From an uncultured Candidatus Kuenenia sp. (GTDB lineage: Bacteria; Planctomycetota; Planctomycetia; Pirellulales; UBA1268), in NCBI GenBank assembly GCA_964477765.1, contig CAYZFV010000166.1, forward strand, positions 1 through 43,169: a DNA stretch of 43,169 nucleotides. Reading direction: 5' to 3'. Both the position numbers and the translations under genes were made by a program. Shown one piece after another: positions 8,945 to 17,571 of this stretch. Under the pieces are notes generated by a model that was not told the origin of the DNA, searched no databases, and worked only from the letters and a program-made list of their open reading frames with translations. The stretch's first letter is position 1. Every line of letters starts with the position of its first letter.

Positions 8945-9958
8945 TCAGAGCTGTGATCTGTCGATCACTTGGCCATCCCGGCGATTACATAGGTTGACCA
9001 GGGTTGAATCCGTTATCTCATAGCTGATGGGCCGCACGCTCCCGTCGCAAAACACAAACAGGCACACCCCCGAATGCGGGCCGCCGAAAGATTTGTTGGA
9101 GATGCCGGGTGTGTCCGGCTGCAAACCCCAATTACTCCCGACCCGCGCCGCGACAACGTCGCCACTTCCGTAGATACTGACGAAACTCTGGGAATACTGA
9201 TCTGGATTCCGGTAGCGTTCACCGAACAGCACAGTGGTCGACAGTCCATCGACGATCTTCGCTGAGGTGACTTGTGAACAGGGGAACACAATACCGTTCG
9301 CCTTACTGTTCGTATGCTCTACCAGCGTAACACCCCCCAAGGGCAGAAGGTACGTTCCGGCGTTTGAACCTCCTCCGAATGTATCGACTATTGATGCCGT
9401 GCCCGCGTTCCCCGTGTAGTCCATCACTGCCGAGACACTCGTCGCCGACTTCACAAGATTTTGATACGCAGCGATTCCCGTTCCGTCGCTCGGAAGCACC
9501 GCCGCAGCCCGGCGACTGGGACAGGAAAAGGTCGAGACCGGTGTCTCTTCCCGCTGCCTCGCGCCGGCTCGCTGTGTCGCGGCCTGGTGGGCGCCTGAAT
9601 CGGTCGGCGAGGCGCGACCGTCAGTGCCGAGGTCGAAGAGGGTCTGCAGTTCCATGAAGGGTAGGATCTGATAGTTCCAGGCACCCGGCTGCCGCGGCCC
9701 CAGCCCGCAGTCTGGGTCACCCGTCCACTGCGCCTTCCATCCACTGCTCGGAAAATGCTTCTGGGTCGACTCGTAGTTATGGGCCGCGAGGCCCATCTGT
9801 TTCAGGTTGTTGGTGCACGTCATCCGCCGAGCCGATTCGCGGGCGGCCTGCACCGCCGGGAGAAGCAGGCCGATGAGCACGCCGATGATGGCGACCACCA
9901 CTAAAAGCTCGACGAGGGTAAAGGCGGCTTTTTGTGCGCTGGGAGTGCGAGGCGACAT
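8945..9958 (-). CDS. DUF1559 / H-X9-DG protein with prepilin-type N-terminal methylation domain
   Basis: AFTLVELLVVVAIIGVLIGLLLPAVQAARE at the N-terminus. The C-terminal PHSGVCLFVFCDGSV matches H-X9-DG. Confidence 0.9.
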   Translation of the reverse strand: MSPRTPSAQKAAFTLVELLVVVAIIGVLIGLLLPAVQAARESARRMTCTNNLKQMGLAAHNYESTQKHFPSSGWKAQWTGDPDCGLGPRQPGAWNYQILPFMELQTLFDLGTDGRASPTDSGAHQAATQRAGARQREETPVSTFSCPSRRAAAVLPSDGTGIAAYQNLVKSATSVSAVMDYTGNAGTASIVDTFGGGSNAGTYLLPLGGVTLVEHTNSKANGIVFPCSQVTSAKIVDGLSTTVLFGERYRNPDQYSQSFVSIYGSGDVVAARVGSNWGLQPDTPGISNKSFGGPHSGVCLFVFCDGSVRPISYEITDSTLVNLCNRRDGQVIDRSQL

Positions 9959-10028
9959 GGCTTGGCCCCCGGGAGACTGTGGAAACCCGTTTCCTCAGGA
10001 AAATAATAGGTTTCCCTGGAGGCAAATT

Positions 10029-10051
10029 CCTGTCGGAACGGTTCCGACAGG
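10029..10051. promoter_or_regulatory. Perfect 23-nt palindrome, candidate operator for the adjacent NarL/LuxR regulator
   Basis: CCTGTCGGAAC-G-GTTCCGACAGG has 11-nt arms. It lies ~70-95 nt upstream of the DUF1559 start (9958), next to an AT-rich patch (TATTAT on the minus strand, ~10003-10010). The exact half-site recurs at 10855-10865. Confidence 0.5.
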
Positions 10052-10081
10052 GCTGGTGGGACGACGCGCAAGCCGGCACCG

Positions 10082-10112
10082 CTGCAGGCCACCAGGCTTG
10101 CGCCCGGTGCTT
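10082..10112 (-). repeat. REP-like hairpin, family A (GNRA loop on the minus strand)
   Basis: CTGCAGGCCACCAGGCTTGCGCCCGGTGCTT is the reverse complement of AAGCACCGGGCGCAAGCCTGGTGGCCTGCAG. Confidence 0.8.
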
Positions 10113-10159
10113 CCTGGAGGACCACGAGCCCGCGGGCCGTCGCACCGTCTGACACGGCC

Positions 10160-10828
10160 TTACAGCGGGCGTTGGCCGCGGGCGCGGGCCACCACTTCAT
10201 AGCGGTTGGTGCAGTGGAGCTTTTCGTAGATCCGCTTCACGTAGGTGCCCACCGTCGAAATCGAAATCCCCAGCTTCCTGGCGATCTCCTTGTAATAGCA
10301 GCCCTCGCAGAGCAGCTCGAGCACCTGCTGCTCGCGGGGGGCGAGCGACGCGTCGATCTGCAGCGGTGCTTCCGCCAGCAGGGCTGGTGGCGAGGCCGGC
10401 CGGTCGCGGAAGGCCTGGATCACCTTGCGGGCGATCGTCCGCGTCATCGGCACACCCCCCTCCCGCACCTCGCGGATCGCCTCGAGGAGCCGGTCGGGCA
10501 TCACCGGCTTCACCAGGTAACCATGCGCCCCGGCGGCCAGCGCCTGAAACGTCGTCTCCGGATCCTGGTAGACCGTCACGATCAGGATCTGCGACCGCGG
10601 CAGCTTCTCCGAGAGGGCGGCGATGTATTCCACGCCTGTCGAGTCAGGGAGATTCACATCCATGATCACCACGTCGGGCTCGAGCGGCGGGATGTCGTGG
10701 GCCGCCTCGGTGCCGGTGGCGAAGGCTCCCACGCAGGTGCAGTCGGCCGCCGAGTCGAGCACGTCGACAAACGCCCGACGGAGGCGGGGATCGTCTTCAA
10801 CGATGGCGACGCGGATGGGGGTGGGCAT
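10160..10828 (-). CDS. Response regulator, NarL/LuxR (FixJ) family
   Basis: MPTPIRVAIVEDD, the receiver Asp in VVIMDVNLPD, and a C-terminal HTH QVLELLCEGCYYKEIARKLGISISTVGTYVKRIYEKL. The track ORF starts at a GTG (10885); the ATG at 10828 is preferred. Confidence 0.9.
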   Translation of the reverse strand: MPTPIRVAIVEDDPRLRRAFVDVLDSAADCTCVGAFATGTEAAHDIPPLEPDVVIMDVNLPDSTGVEYIAALSEKLPRSQILIVTVYQDPETTFQALAAGAHGYLVKPVMPDRLLEAIREVREGGVPMTRTIARKVIQAFRDRPASPPALLAEAPLQIDASLAPREQQVLELLCEGCYYKEIARKLGISISTVGTYVKRIYEKLHCTNRYEVVARARGQRPL

Positions 10829-10854
10829 GCGGGGATTGTAGGACGGGTCTCTGA

Positions 10855-10924
10855 CCTGTCGGAACAGCTTGGAAAGCTGTCCCACAAAAGCTGTCCTCTA
10901 TGGCGAGCGGCGTCCTGTCGCAAC
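10855..10924. promoter_or_regulatory. Two direct copies of the operator half-site in the kinase-regulator intercistronic region
   Basis: CCTGTCGGAAC at 10855-10865 is exact, and CCTGTCGCAAC at 10914-10924 has one mismatch. AAAGCTGTCC occurs twice (10873-10882, 10887-10896). Confidence 0.45.
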
Positions 10925-10926
10925 GA

Positions 10927-12609
10927 TTACGACATTTCGGGCAAAGGCACGTCGACCACCACCTTCGTGCCGCCGCCGGGTCGGCTGCGGATCGTCAACT
11001 GTCCCCCCAGTTCCCCGATCCGGCGGTGGATGTTGGCAAGTCCCGAACGCTGGGCCGGGCCGGCGGTCGCCCCGACACGCTCCGCGTCGAAGCCCGTGCC
11101 ATCGTCGTCCACGGTGATGACGAGCCGGTCGCCGGTGATCCGCACCGCCAGGCCCACGACCTGCGGCGCGGCATGCTTCACCGCGTTATTCACCGCCTCC
11201 CGGATCACAAGAAACAGGCTGTGGCGGGTGGCGCCGGCCAGCGGCACGGGGGGCATGTCGTCGGGCACGTCGATCCGCGACTGCACGTCAGCCGCTTCGA
11301 GAAACTGCTCGACTGAGTGGGTGAGATAGGGCACAAACCGGTCGAGCGTGTCGTTCGCCGGATTCACGGCCCACACGATCGCATCGACACTCCGCACGAG
11401 GTCGACGGCCGACTGCCGCGCCTTTTCGACACGGTCGAGCGTGGCCACGGGGGCGGCCCCCTGCATCTCCCGATGCACCCAGAAATTCTGCATGGCGATC
11501 TCGGTGAGGCCGGCACCGATCTCGTCGTGGAGGTCGCGGGCGATGCGGGTCCGCTCCCGCTCGAGGGCGTGGGCCCGCTCCACCTCCTCGAGCCGCCGCT
11601 TCATCCGTCGCAGGGCCACCGTGCGGGCGATGCCGACAGCCGCCCCACCCCCGAGCACGATCCCTGCCAGCCACACCTCCGGCCGTTGCTGCCAGGGCAC
11701 CGGCACGTCCACCGCCAGACCGGTCTCGATGCCGGTCGGATCGCCGTTGGGTCGAAAGCTTGCCGCACGAAACCAGTAGCTGCCGGGAGAGAGGTCGCGA
11801 TAGCGAGCCACCGCCTCCCCGGCCACGCCGAGTGAATGGCTGGCGGAAAACGTCAGCGTCACGCGGTCGCCCGGAGCCACGGCGATGCCCTCGAGCATCG
11901 ACCAATTGCCAAACCGGCTGGGGCTGCTGTCGACAAGCGCGAGGATCGGGTGCGGTGCGGGATCGTTGCGCGTTCGTAGCTCGGCCATCTGGCCACGGCT
12001 GCCGCGGCGGGCCCAGCCCGTGGCGTTCGCCAGAGGGTTGAAGGGCGTGTTGGCCAGATCGACTGGATACGGAATACGCATCGGGTCGCCACCGTTGCCG
12101 GGAGCCACCGTAAACGCCACATCGTCGATACCGATCTCGCCCACCACCTCGTCGCCCCCATGCGAGAGAAACACGGCCGCCGCCCGCACGGCCAGGGGCG
12201 GGGCGACGGCGGCGAGCGAATATTCCTTCATCGGCGAGGCCTCCGGGCTGCCCGCCCAGCCAGGTGACGTGCCGTCGATCGCCATTTCAAAGCTGTCGAT
12301 CGTGAAGCCGTCTTTGCCGGTGAACTGCAGGAGCACCCGCGCCTTCGCAGGCCAGTCGCGCCACTGATCGTCAAAGCCGTCGAGCCGGTAGCGGATTCGC
12401 GCGTCGCCCCGCACATGGATATCGAGCCGACGGGCCCCAGCCGGCAGCTGCAAGGCAGGGGGATCGCCCGCGGGGAGGGCGGCATCCCGGCCGTCGATCA
12501 CAACGCGGGGGATCGTGATGTCGGCGCGGGCGGGGAGCGCGAGGAGGAGGAACAAAGACAGGCTGAAGCCTGCCCTACGTAAGCAGTTTGGTGAGTGGCT
12601 TGCCATCAT
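10927..12609 (-). CDS. Sensor histidine kinase (HisKA_3/NarX-DegS type) with large periplasmic Y_Y_Y-like sensor domain
   Basis: Signal/TM segment RRAGFSLSLFLLLALPARA, SPGSYWFRAASFRPNGDPTG, a TM helix, the H-box ERTRIARDLHDEIGAGLT, and ATPase motifs REAVNNAVKHA, DDGTGF, GLANIHRR. Confidence 0.9.
   Translation of the reverse strand: MMASHSPNCLRRAGFSLSLFLLLALPARADITIPRVVIDGRDAALPAGDPPALQLPAGARRLDIHVRGDARIRYRLDGFDDQWRDWPAKARVLLQFTGKDGFTIDSFEMAIDGTSPGWAGSPEASPMKEYSLAAVAPPLAVRAAAVFLSHGGDEVVGEIGIDDVAFTVAPGNGGDPMRIPYPVDLANTPFNPLANATGWARRGSRGQMAELRTRNDPAPHPILALVDSSPSRFGNWSMLEGIAVAPGDRVTLTFSASHSLGVAGEAVARYRDLSPGSYWFRAASFRPNGDPTGIETGLAVDVPVPWQQRPEVWLAGIVLGGGAAVGIARTVALRRMKRRLEEVERAHALERERTRIARDLHDEIGAGLTEIAMQNFWVHREMQGAAPVATLDRVEKARQSAVDLVRSVDAIVWAVNPANDTLDRFVPYLTHSVEQFLEAADVQSRIDVPDDMPPVPLAGATRHSLFLVIREAVNNAVKHAAPQVVGLAVRITGDRLVITVDDDGTGFDAERVGATAGPAQRSGLANIHRRIGELGGQLTIRSRPGGGTKVVVDVPLPEMS
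12557..12578 (+). repeat. Family-1 hairpin repeat abutting a stop codon
   Basis: GACAGGCTGAAGCCTGCCCTAC. The CTA at 12575-12577 is the TAG stop of the DUF1501 gene. The repeat lies inside the 5' end of the kinase ORF and encodes RRAGFSLS. Confidence 0.8.
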
Positions 12610-13870
12610 GAGCCACTTTAAACGGCCGGAGCGTCGGCGACATCACCACCTCATCGCGGGGCAGCCCCATGGCCTCGGCGATCGTGGCATTGAGATCAGC
12701 GGGGTCGACACCATCCTCGTCGACACCATGGCCCTCGGCGTCGCTCTTCCCATAGACCTGCCCCCCCTTGATGCCCGCACCGGCGAGCAGCGAGGAAAAC
12801 ACGGCTGGGTGATGATCGCGGCCCCCGGTGTAGTTGACCTGCGGCGACCGACCAAACTCCGTCGTCACCACCACCAGCGTCTCGTCGAGCAGGCCCCGCG
12901 CGGCGAGGTCGTCGAGCAGCGTGCCCACCGCCTGGTCGAGCAGGCCGGCGCGGGCCGGCATCGTCTTGTAGTCCCAGAGGCTGTTGTGCATGTCCCAGCC
13001 ACCGAGGGTCACGTCGACACATCGCACGTTGTTTTCGATCAGGCGACGGGCGAGCATGCAGCCCTGGCCGAAGGGATCGCGGCCGTAGCGGTCGCGATCC
13101 TCGTCTTTCTCCTGCCGCAGATCGAAGGCCTTCAACTCGTCGCTGGAAAGGAGGTGCGTGGCCTGATCGTAGAAGTCGGTGTAGCTCTGCACCGCCTTGA
13201 GCGGATACTTCCGGCGAAACTGCCGGTCGAATGTATCGATCAGCTCCATCCGCTTGGCAAACGACTGCTCGGTGAGATACGCCGGGGAGGTCGTGTTTTC
13301 GAGGCCCTTGTTGGGGTCGCCGATCGGAAGCGGGCTGAACGTCGGGTCGAGAAAGCCGGCCGAGGGATGCCGCGGCGAGGCACCGATCAGGACCGTATCG
13401 GGAAGCGTTTTGTTGAGCCGGCCGCGGAGCCGCTGGATCCAGGGGCCGAGGGAGGGATGCCGCTCGGTGGCGATCTGCTCGTAGCTTGTCCGCATCAGGT
13501 ATTCGCCCTGCTCGTGGTCGGCCGTCTGCGTGGTCATCGAGCGGACGATCGCCAGCCGGTCGATCTGCCCGGCAAGGGTCGGCAGGAATTCCCCGAGTTG
13601 GATGCCGGGCACCTTCGTCTTGACCACCCCGGTCTGCCCCTGGCTTTCGGCTCCCGGCTTGGGATCAAACGTGTCGAGGTGGCTCATGCCGCCGGCCATA
13701 TACAGATAGATGAGCCGCTTCGCCTTGCCGGTGCCTGCGGCCGGGCTCGGAGCCGCCGCCGCGAGGCTGCCCACGGTGGGCAAAAGCCCCACGCCAAGCG
13801 CCGCCCGCGCCGCCCCCACCAGCAGTTGCCGCCGGCTGACGCCGTCGATCCGAGACACAAGCTCGCGCAT
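12575..13870 (-). CDS. DUF1501-family (sulfatase-like) protein with Tat signal
   Basis: MRELVSRIDGVSRRQLLVGAA, YLYMAGGMSHLDTFDPKP and TEFGRSP...GRDHHP motifs. The track ORF starts at 13936; the ATG at 13870 is preferred. Confidence 0.85.
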   Translation of the reverse strand: MRELVSRIDGVSRRQLLVGAARAALGVGLLPTVGSLAAAAPSPAAGTGKAKRLIYLYMAGGMSHLDTFDPKPGAESQGQTGVVKTKVPGIQLGEFLPTLAGQIDRLAIVRSMTTQTADHEQGEYLMRTSYEQIATERHPSLGPWIQRLRGRLNKTLPDTVLIGASPRHPSAGFLDPTFSPLPIGDPNKGLENTTSPAYLTEQSFAKRMELIDTFDRQFRRKYPLKAVQSYTDFYDQATHLLSSDELKAFDLRQEKDEDRDRYGRDPFGQGCMLARRLIENNVRCVDVTLGGWDMHNSLWDYKTMPARAGLLDQAVGTLLDDLAARGLLDETLVVVTTEFGRSPQVNYTGGRDHHPAVFSSLLAGAGIKGGQVYGKSDAEGHGVDEDGVDPADLNATIAEAMGLPRDEVVMSPTLRPFKVAHDGKPLTKLLT

Positions 13871-13893
13871 CGCTTCCCGGCCCGCAGGCCGCC

Positions 13894-16644
13894 TCACTGG
13901 ATAAACAGGAATTCCCGCGTGTTGATCAGCGACCACACCACGTTGCCGTAGCCGGCCGGGCCATCCACCTTCACCTCTTCGATCGCCGCCGTCATCTCCT
14001 CGTCGCTCGGCTCACGGGCGAGGATCGTGAGAAACACCGCCTCCACACCGTTCTTCACCGACTTCTTCCGCACGATCGTGTTGTAGATCGTGGAATTTTT
14101 CTCGAGCAGCATGTGGGAAATCTGGCCGTTGAACATGAAGAGCACCTGCGGTACCGAGCCCCAGGTCGACGAGGCCTGGATCAGCTCGCGATCCGACTGG
14201 CCAAACATCCGCAGAAAATGATTCGGCGGCAGGGGAGAGGGCAGCTCCGATGCCCGGGCGAGGAGGTTGCCCTTGTAGGTGTAGGGCTTCTGCATGTCGC
14301 GACGCAGCCGGTCAAATTCCTGGACCCTGCGCTGGGAGTCGACGACGTCCTCGGCCGAATGCTTTTCGAGGTCCACGGCCACAGCCTCGGCATAGCGGTC
14401 GGCCGGCGGCTCGCGATACTCCATCGGAAACACAGCCAGCGTGAGGATCGAGTCCCAGGCCTGTTCGGCCGTCATCCGCCGGAGCACCGGGCCGGGAAAA
14501 TGGTAGGGCGTGCCCGGGGCCACCTCGCCCGTGAAGGCCTGCCGCTGGTAGGTCTCCGTGTTGAAGATGACCCGCAGAAACTCCTTCATGTCGAAGTCGA
14601 GGTCGCGCATCTGCCGTTCCAGAAACGCCATCAGCGCGGGATTCTCGGCGACGGTTGCATCGCTCATGTCGTCTTCGGGTTCGATCTGGCCTACGCCGAA
14701 GGCCTGTTTCCAGAGACGATTGGCGATCGTGAGGGCAAACCGCGGGTTGTCGGGGGCCGTGAGCCAGCGGGCGAATGTCTGCCGCGGCGTCTCGCCCGGC
14801 TCGGGCCGCAGCTCGGGCCCGAAGAGTGGCTTGGGGTCCACCGCCGCGCCGGGCCGGGCGTCGTCGTAGGCGTAGTTGGCCGGGAGCGTGAGTTTCTTGG
14901 CCACGTTGTCGTGCACCACCATCATGTTCACGGTCACGTGGCGATCAAAAGGATACGACCGCTGCCGCCGCTCCTCTTCTTCCTGTTCGAGCGAGGCAAA
15001 CTCGGCCTTCAATCGCTTCACGGGGTCCGCCTGAAAAAATCGTTTGTCGCCGCCGCCGACCCGCGTGCCCGTGCCAAACATGAAGGCCGCAGCCTCGTAA
15101 AACTGCCGTTGGGTCCACGAGTCGAAGGGGTGGTTGTGGCATTGGGCGCAGCCGATCCGGGTGCCGAGGAAGATCCGCACGGTGTTGTTGACCACATCGA
15201 GCGGCATCCCGGGATCCCGCTGCAGGTAGCCGGTGGCGGGATTTTCCCAAGAGAGCCCTTCGGCGGTGAGCATTTCACGGACCATGTCGTCCCAGGGCGT
15301 GTTTTCCGCGAGCGACTGCTTGATCCACTGCCGCCAGGGCTCACCGCGGACATCGCGGCCGAGCGTGTCGCGGTAGCGGAAGACATCGGCCCAGTAGTTG
15401 AAGGCGTGGAGGGCGTAGTCGTCGCTCCCGAGCAGGTCGTCGATCAACCTCGTCCGCTTGTCGGCATCCCGCGCCTGCAGAAACGCGGTCACTTCCTTGT
15501 AGGTCGGGATGCGGCCGGCGATGTCGAGGTAGATCCGCCGCACAAACTGCGGGTCGTCGACCGGCGCCATCGGCGTCACGTTGTGCTGCCGGCAGTTGGC
15601 CGCCACGAGCGCGTCGATCTGTTTCGCTGCGGCGAGCGCGGCGGCGTGCTTGGCCGGATCGACCGGCGTGGAGAGCAGTTCGAAGCGTGGCGGCAGCTCC
15701 GACTTCGTCACCGCCCGCTGCTTCGTCTTGGGATCGACCGGCTGCAGGCTCTTGACCATCTCAAGGTCGGCCTTGGCGGCCGGCATGTCGCGGAGCCGCT
15801 TGTGGGCTTCCGCGCGGCCGGCATAGGCGATGGCGAGCTTGGGCGCGAGCCCGATCGCGGTCGTGAAGTCGTCGCGGGCCGGCTCATATTTCTTGCCTGC
15901 GAGATGAAGCTGCCCGCGGGCTACGAAGAAGCTCGCATCACGCGGATCGAGCCGGATCGCCTCGTCGAGAAACGAAGCCGCCACAGCGCCGTTGCCCTGC
16001 CGCATCCAGACCACGCCACGCTCAAAGTGGCCGCGGGCCAGCCGCGGATCGGCCTTGATGGCCGCTTCGGCGTCGGTAGCGGCTCCCTTGAGATCCCCCT
16101 TCGCCGCAAGAATCAGAGCGCGGTTGCAGAGAGCCTCGGCGAGCGTGGGATCGATCGCAAGCGCCCTGTCGATATCCTGCCGCGCCTTCGCCGGGTCGCT
16201 CTTGGCGGCGCGGGCGGCGCCGCGGCGGGCATAGGCGAGGGCGAGCGTGGAGTCGAGTTCGATCGCCTTTTCCTGGTCGGCGATGCAGGCATCGAAGCGG
16301 CCGAGGGCGCCGTGGGCGAAGCCGCGGTGGCTCAGGGAGAGGGCCGACTTCGGGTCGATCTGCAGGGCCCGATCAAACGTGCGGATCGCCTTCTCGTATT
16401 CGTGGCGGGCGAGGTAGGCGAGACCGCGCTGGAAGTGGGCCGCGAAGAAATCGGGCTTTTCGAGAATCGCAAAGTAGCACTCGTCGATGGCGGGGAGGTA
16501 GTCGCCCTTGGCGAAGTGTTCCTTGGCCGCCGCGAGGTGCTCACGGGCCGCGGTGTCGTCAGCGGCGACCGCCGAAGCGGCGCCGCAAGCTGCTCCAGTT
16601 GCCACGACGAACACCAGATTGAGCCAAGCTCGCTGATATCGCAT
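13894..16644 (-). CDS. TPR-repeat + DUF1549/DUF1553 protein
   Basis: A start at 16644 gives the signal peptide MRYQRAWLNLVFVVATGAACGAASAVA. About 330 aa of TPR-like repeats follow, then CAQCHNHPFD (DUF1549 signature) and a DUF1553-like C-terminus. The track ORF extends to 17226 only by translating REP elements. Confidence 0.85.
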   Translation of the reverse strand: MRYQRAWLNLVFVVATGAACGAASAVAADDTAAREHLAAAKEHFAKGDYLPAIDECYFAILEKPDFFAAHFQRGLAYLARHEYEKAIRTFDRALQIDPKSALSLSHRGFAHGALGRFDACIADQEKAIELDSTLALAYARRGAARAAKSDPAKARQDIDRALAIDPTLAEALCNRALILAAKGDLKGAATDAEAAIKADPRLARGHFERGVVWMRQGNGAVAASFLDEAIRLDPRDASFFVARGQLHLAGKKYEPARDDFTTAIGLAPKLAIAYAGRAEAHKRLRDMPAAKADLEMVKSLQPVDPKTKQRAVTKSELPPRFELLSTPVDPAKHAAALAAAKQIDALVAANCRQHNVTPMAPVDDPQFVRRIYLDIAGRIPTYKEVTAFLQARDADKRTRLIDDLLGSDDYALHAFNYWADVFRYRDTLGRDVRGEPWRQWIKQSLAENTPWDDMVREMLTAEGLSWENPATGYLQRDPGMPLDVVNNTVRIFLGTRIGCAQCHNHPFDSWTQRQFYEAAAFMFGTGTRVGGGDKRFFQADPVKRLKAEFASLEQEEEERRQRSYPFDRHVTVNMMVVHDNVAKKLTLPANYAYDDARPGAAVDPKPLFGPELRPEPGETPRQTFARWLTAPDNPRFALTIANRLWKQAFGVGQIEPEDDMSDATVAENPALMAFLERQMRDLDFDMKEFLRVIFNTETYQRQAFTGEVAPGTPYHFPGPVLRRMTAEQAWDSILTLAVFPMEYREPPADRYAEAVAVDLEKHSAEDVVDSQRRVQEFDRLRRDMQKPYTYKGNLLARASELPSPLPPNHFLRMFGQSDRELIQASSTWGSVPQVLFMFNGQISHMLLEKNSTIYNTIVRKKSVKNGVEAVFLTILAREPSDEEMTAAIEEVKVDGPAGYGNVVWSLINTREFLFIQ

Positions 16645-16772
16645 TGAGGGACCTCCCGCCCGCGAAGATAGTCTATCGGCAGCCCAGCTGCTCCCGGGGG
16701 ATTTTAACCACGGGCGGGTCGCCGACACCATTTGGGCTCTCTCCAAAGCCACAAGGCACGGAATATTCCAAA

Positions 16773-16946
16773 AAGCCGCGAGGCGCAAGCCCGCGGGCTG
16801 TCCCCCCGAATCATCAACGCTGCAGGCCACCGGGCTCGCGCCCGGTGCTTGGTGTGGGACGCTGCAGGCCACCGGGCTCGCGCCCGGTGCTTGGTGTGGG
16901 CCGCAGACCTCCCACAGAAAGCCGCGAGGCGCAAGCCCGCGGGCTG
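16773..16946. repeat. Cluster of four REP-like hairpins (B+, A-, A-, B+)
   Basis: Family B AAGCCGCGAGGCGCAAGCCCGCGGGCTG at 16773-16800 and 16919-16946. Family A (reverse orientation) CTGCAGGCCACCGGGCTCGCGCCCGGTGCTT at 16820-16850 and 16862-16892. Confidence 0.9.
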
Positions 16947-16964
16947 TCCCACCTTTGCTTCTGA

Positions 16965-17528
16965 TCACCCGATCACTTCGAGATCGACGTCTTCGAGTTC
17001 CACCGACGCACCCTGGTTGAGAAACCGCACGGCCACCACGAGCCGCTGGGTGCCGTGCCGCCGCTCGACCGTGCCCTCGAGCCCCCGCAGGGGGCCGCTC
17101 CGCACCCGCACCAGCTGGCCGGGTTCGATCCGGGCTTCCGGGGTGAGCGGCTGGTCGGTGTCGATGAGCCGCTTGATGGCCCGCAGGTCGGCCAGCAACG
17201 CCACTTCGTCGACGATCGGCAGCCACCGGGCGATCGCGTTGGTGGCAAGGGCCGCCCGCCGCTGGTCATCATCGACCCTGGAAAACACATAGCCTGCGAA
17301 GAGCGGTACATGTGAATCCCGCACGCGGCCCCCGGCAGACTTGAGCCGCCGTCGGATCAGCGGGGCATAGAAGGCTACTTCCGCCGCCTCGAGCTTCCGC
17401 ATCAGATCCTTTTCGCGGCGAGAGAGCGTGTAGAACGCCACCCAGCGAAGTCCCTCATCTCCGGGCGGCCGGTCGGCATCGAGGAGATCGGCGGGGAAGC
17501 AATCGCGTTGCCGCGGCAGGATTGGCAT
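16965..17528 (-). CDS. Specialised NusG paralog (NGN + KOW; RfaH/UpxY/LoaP-like)
   Basis: WVAFYTLSRREKDLMRKLE...VPLFAGYVF forms the NGN domain. The KOW motif is GQLVRVRSGPLRGLEGTV. At 187 aa it is too short and divergent for housekeeping NusG. Confidence 0.7.
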   Translation of the reverse strand: MPILPRQRDCFPADLLDADRPPGDEGLRWVAFYTLSRREKDLMRKLEAAEVAFYAPLIRRRLKSAGGRVRDSHVPLFAGYVFSRVDDDQRRAALATNAIARWLPIVDEVALLADLRAIKRLIDTDQPLTPEARIEPGQLVRVRSGPLRGLEGTVERRHGTQRLVVAVRFLNQGASVELEDVDLEVIG

Positions 17529-17571
17529 GCCGCGATTCTATCCTGCCCCCGAGTGTCCTGCGGCCGGCGTC

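Noticed and set aside
16819-16900. A possible CRISPR array: two ~40-bp direct repeats (GCTGCAGGCCACCGGGCTCGCGCCCGGTGCTTGGTGTGGG) back to back, and similarly at 13-76.
   Set aside because: There are only two copies and essentially no unique spacer between them (0-12 nt). The unit is a dispersed palindromic REP found in both orientations across the window, and no cas genes are present.
16645-17226. N-terminal 194-aa extension of track ORF 13894-17226, containing the repeated peptide PHQAPGASPVACSV.
   Set aside because: The repeats are translated REP hairpins. A good signal peptide starts at the ATG at 16644, and the extension also overlaps the NusG-like gene.
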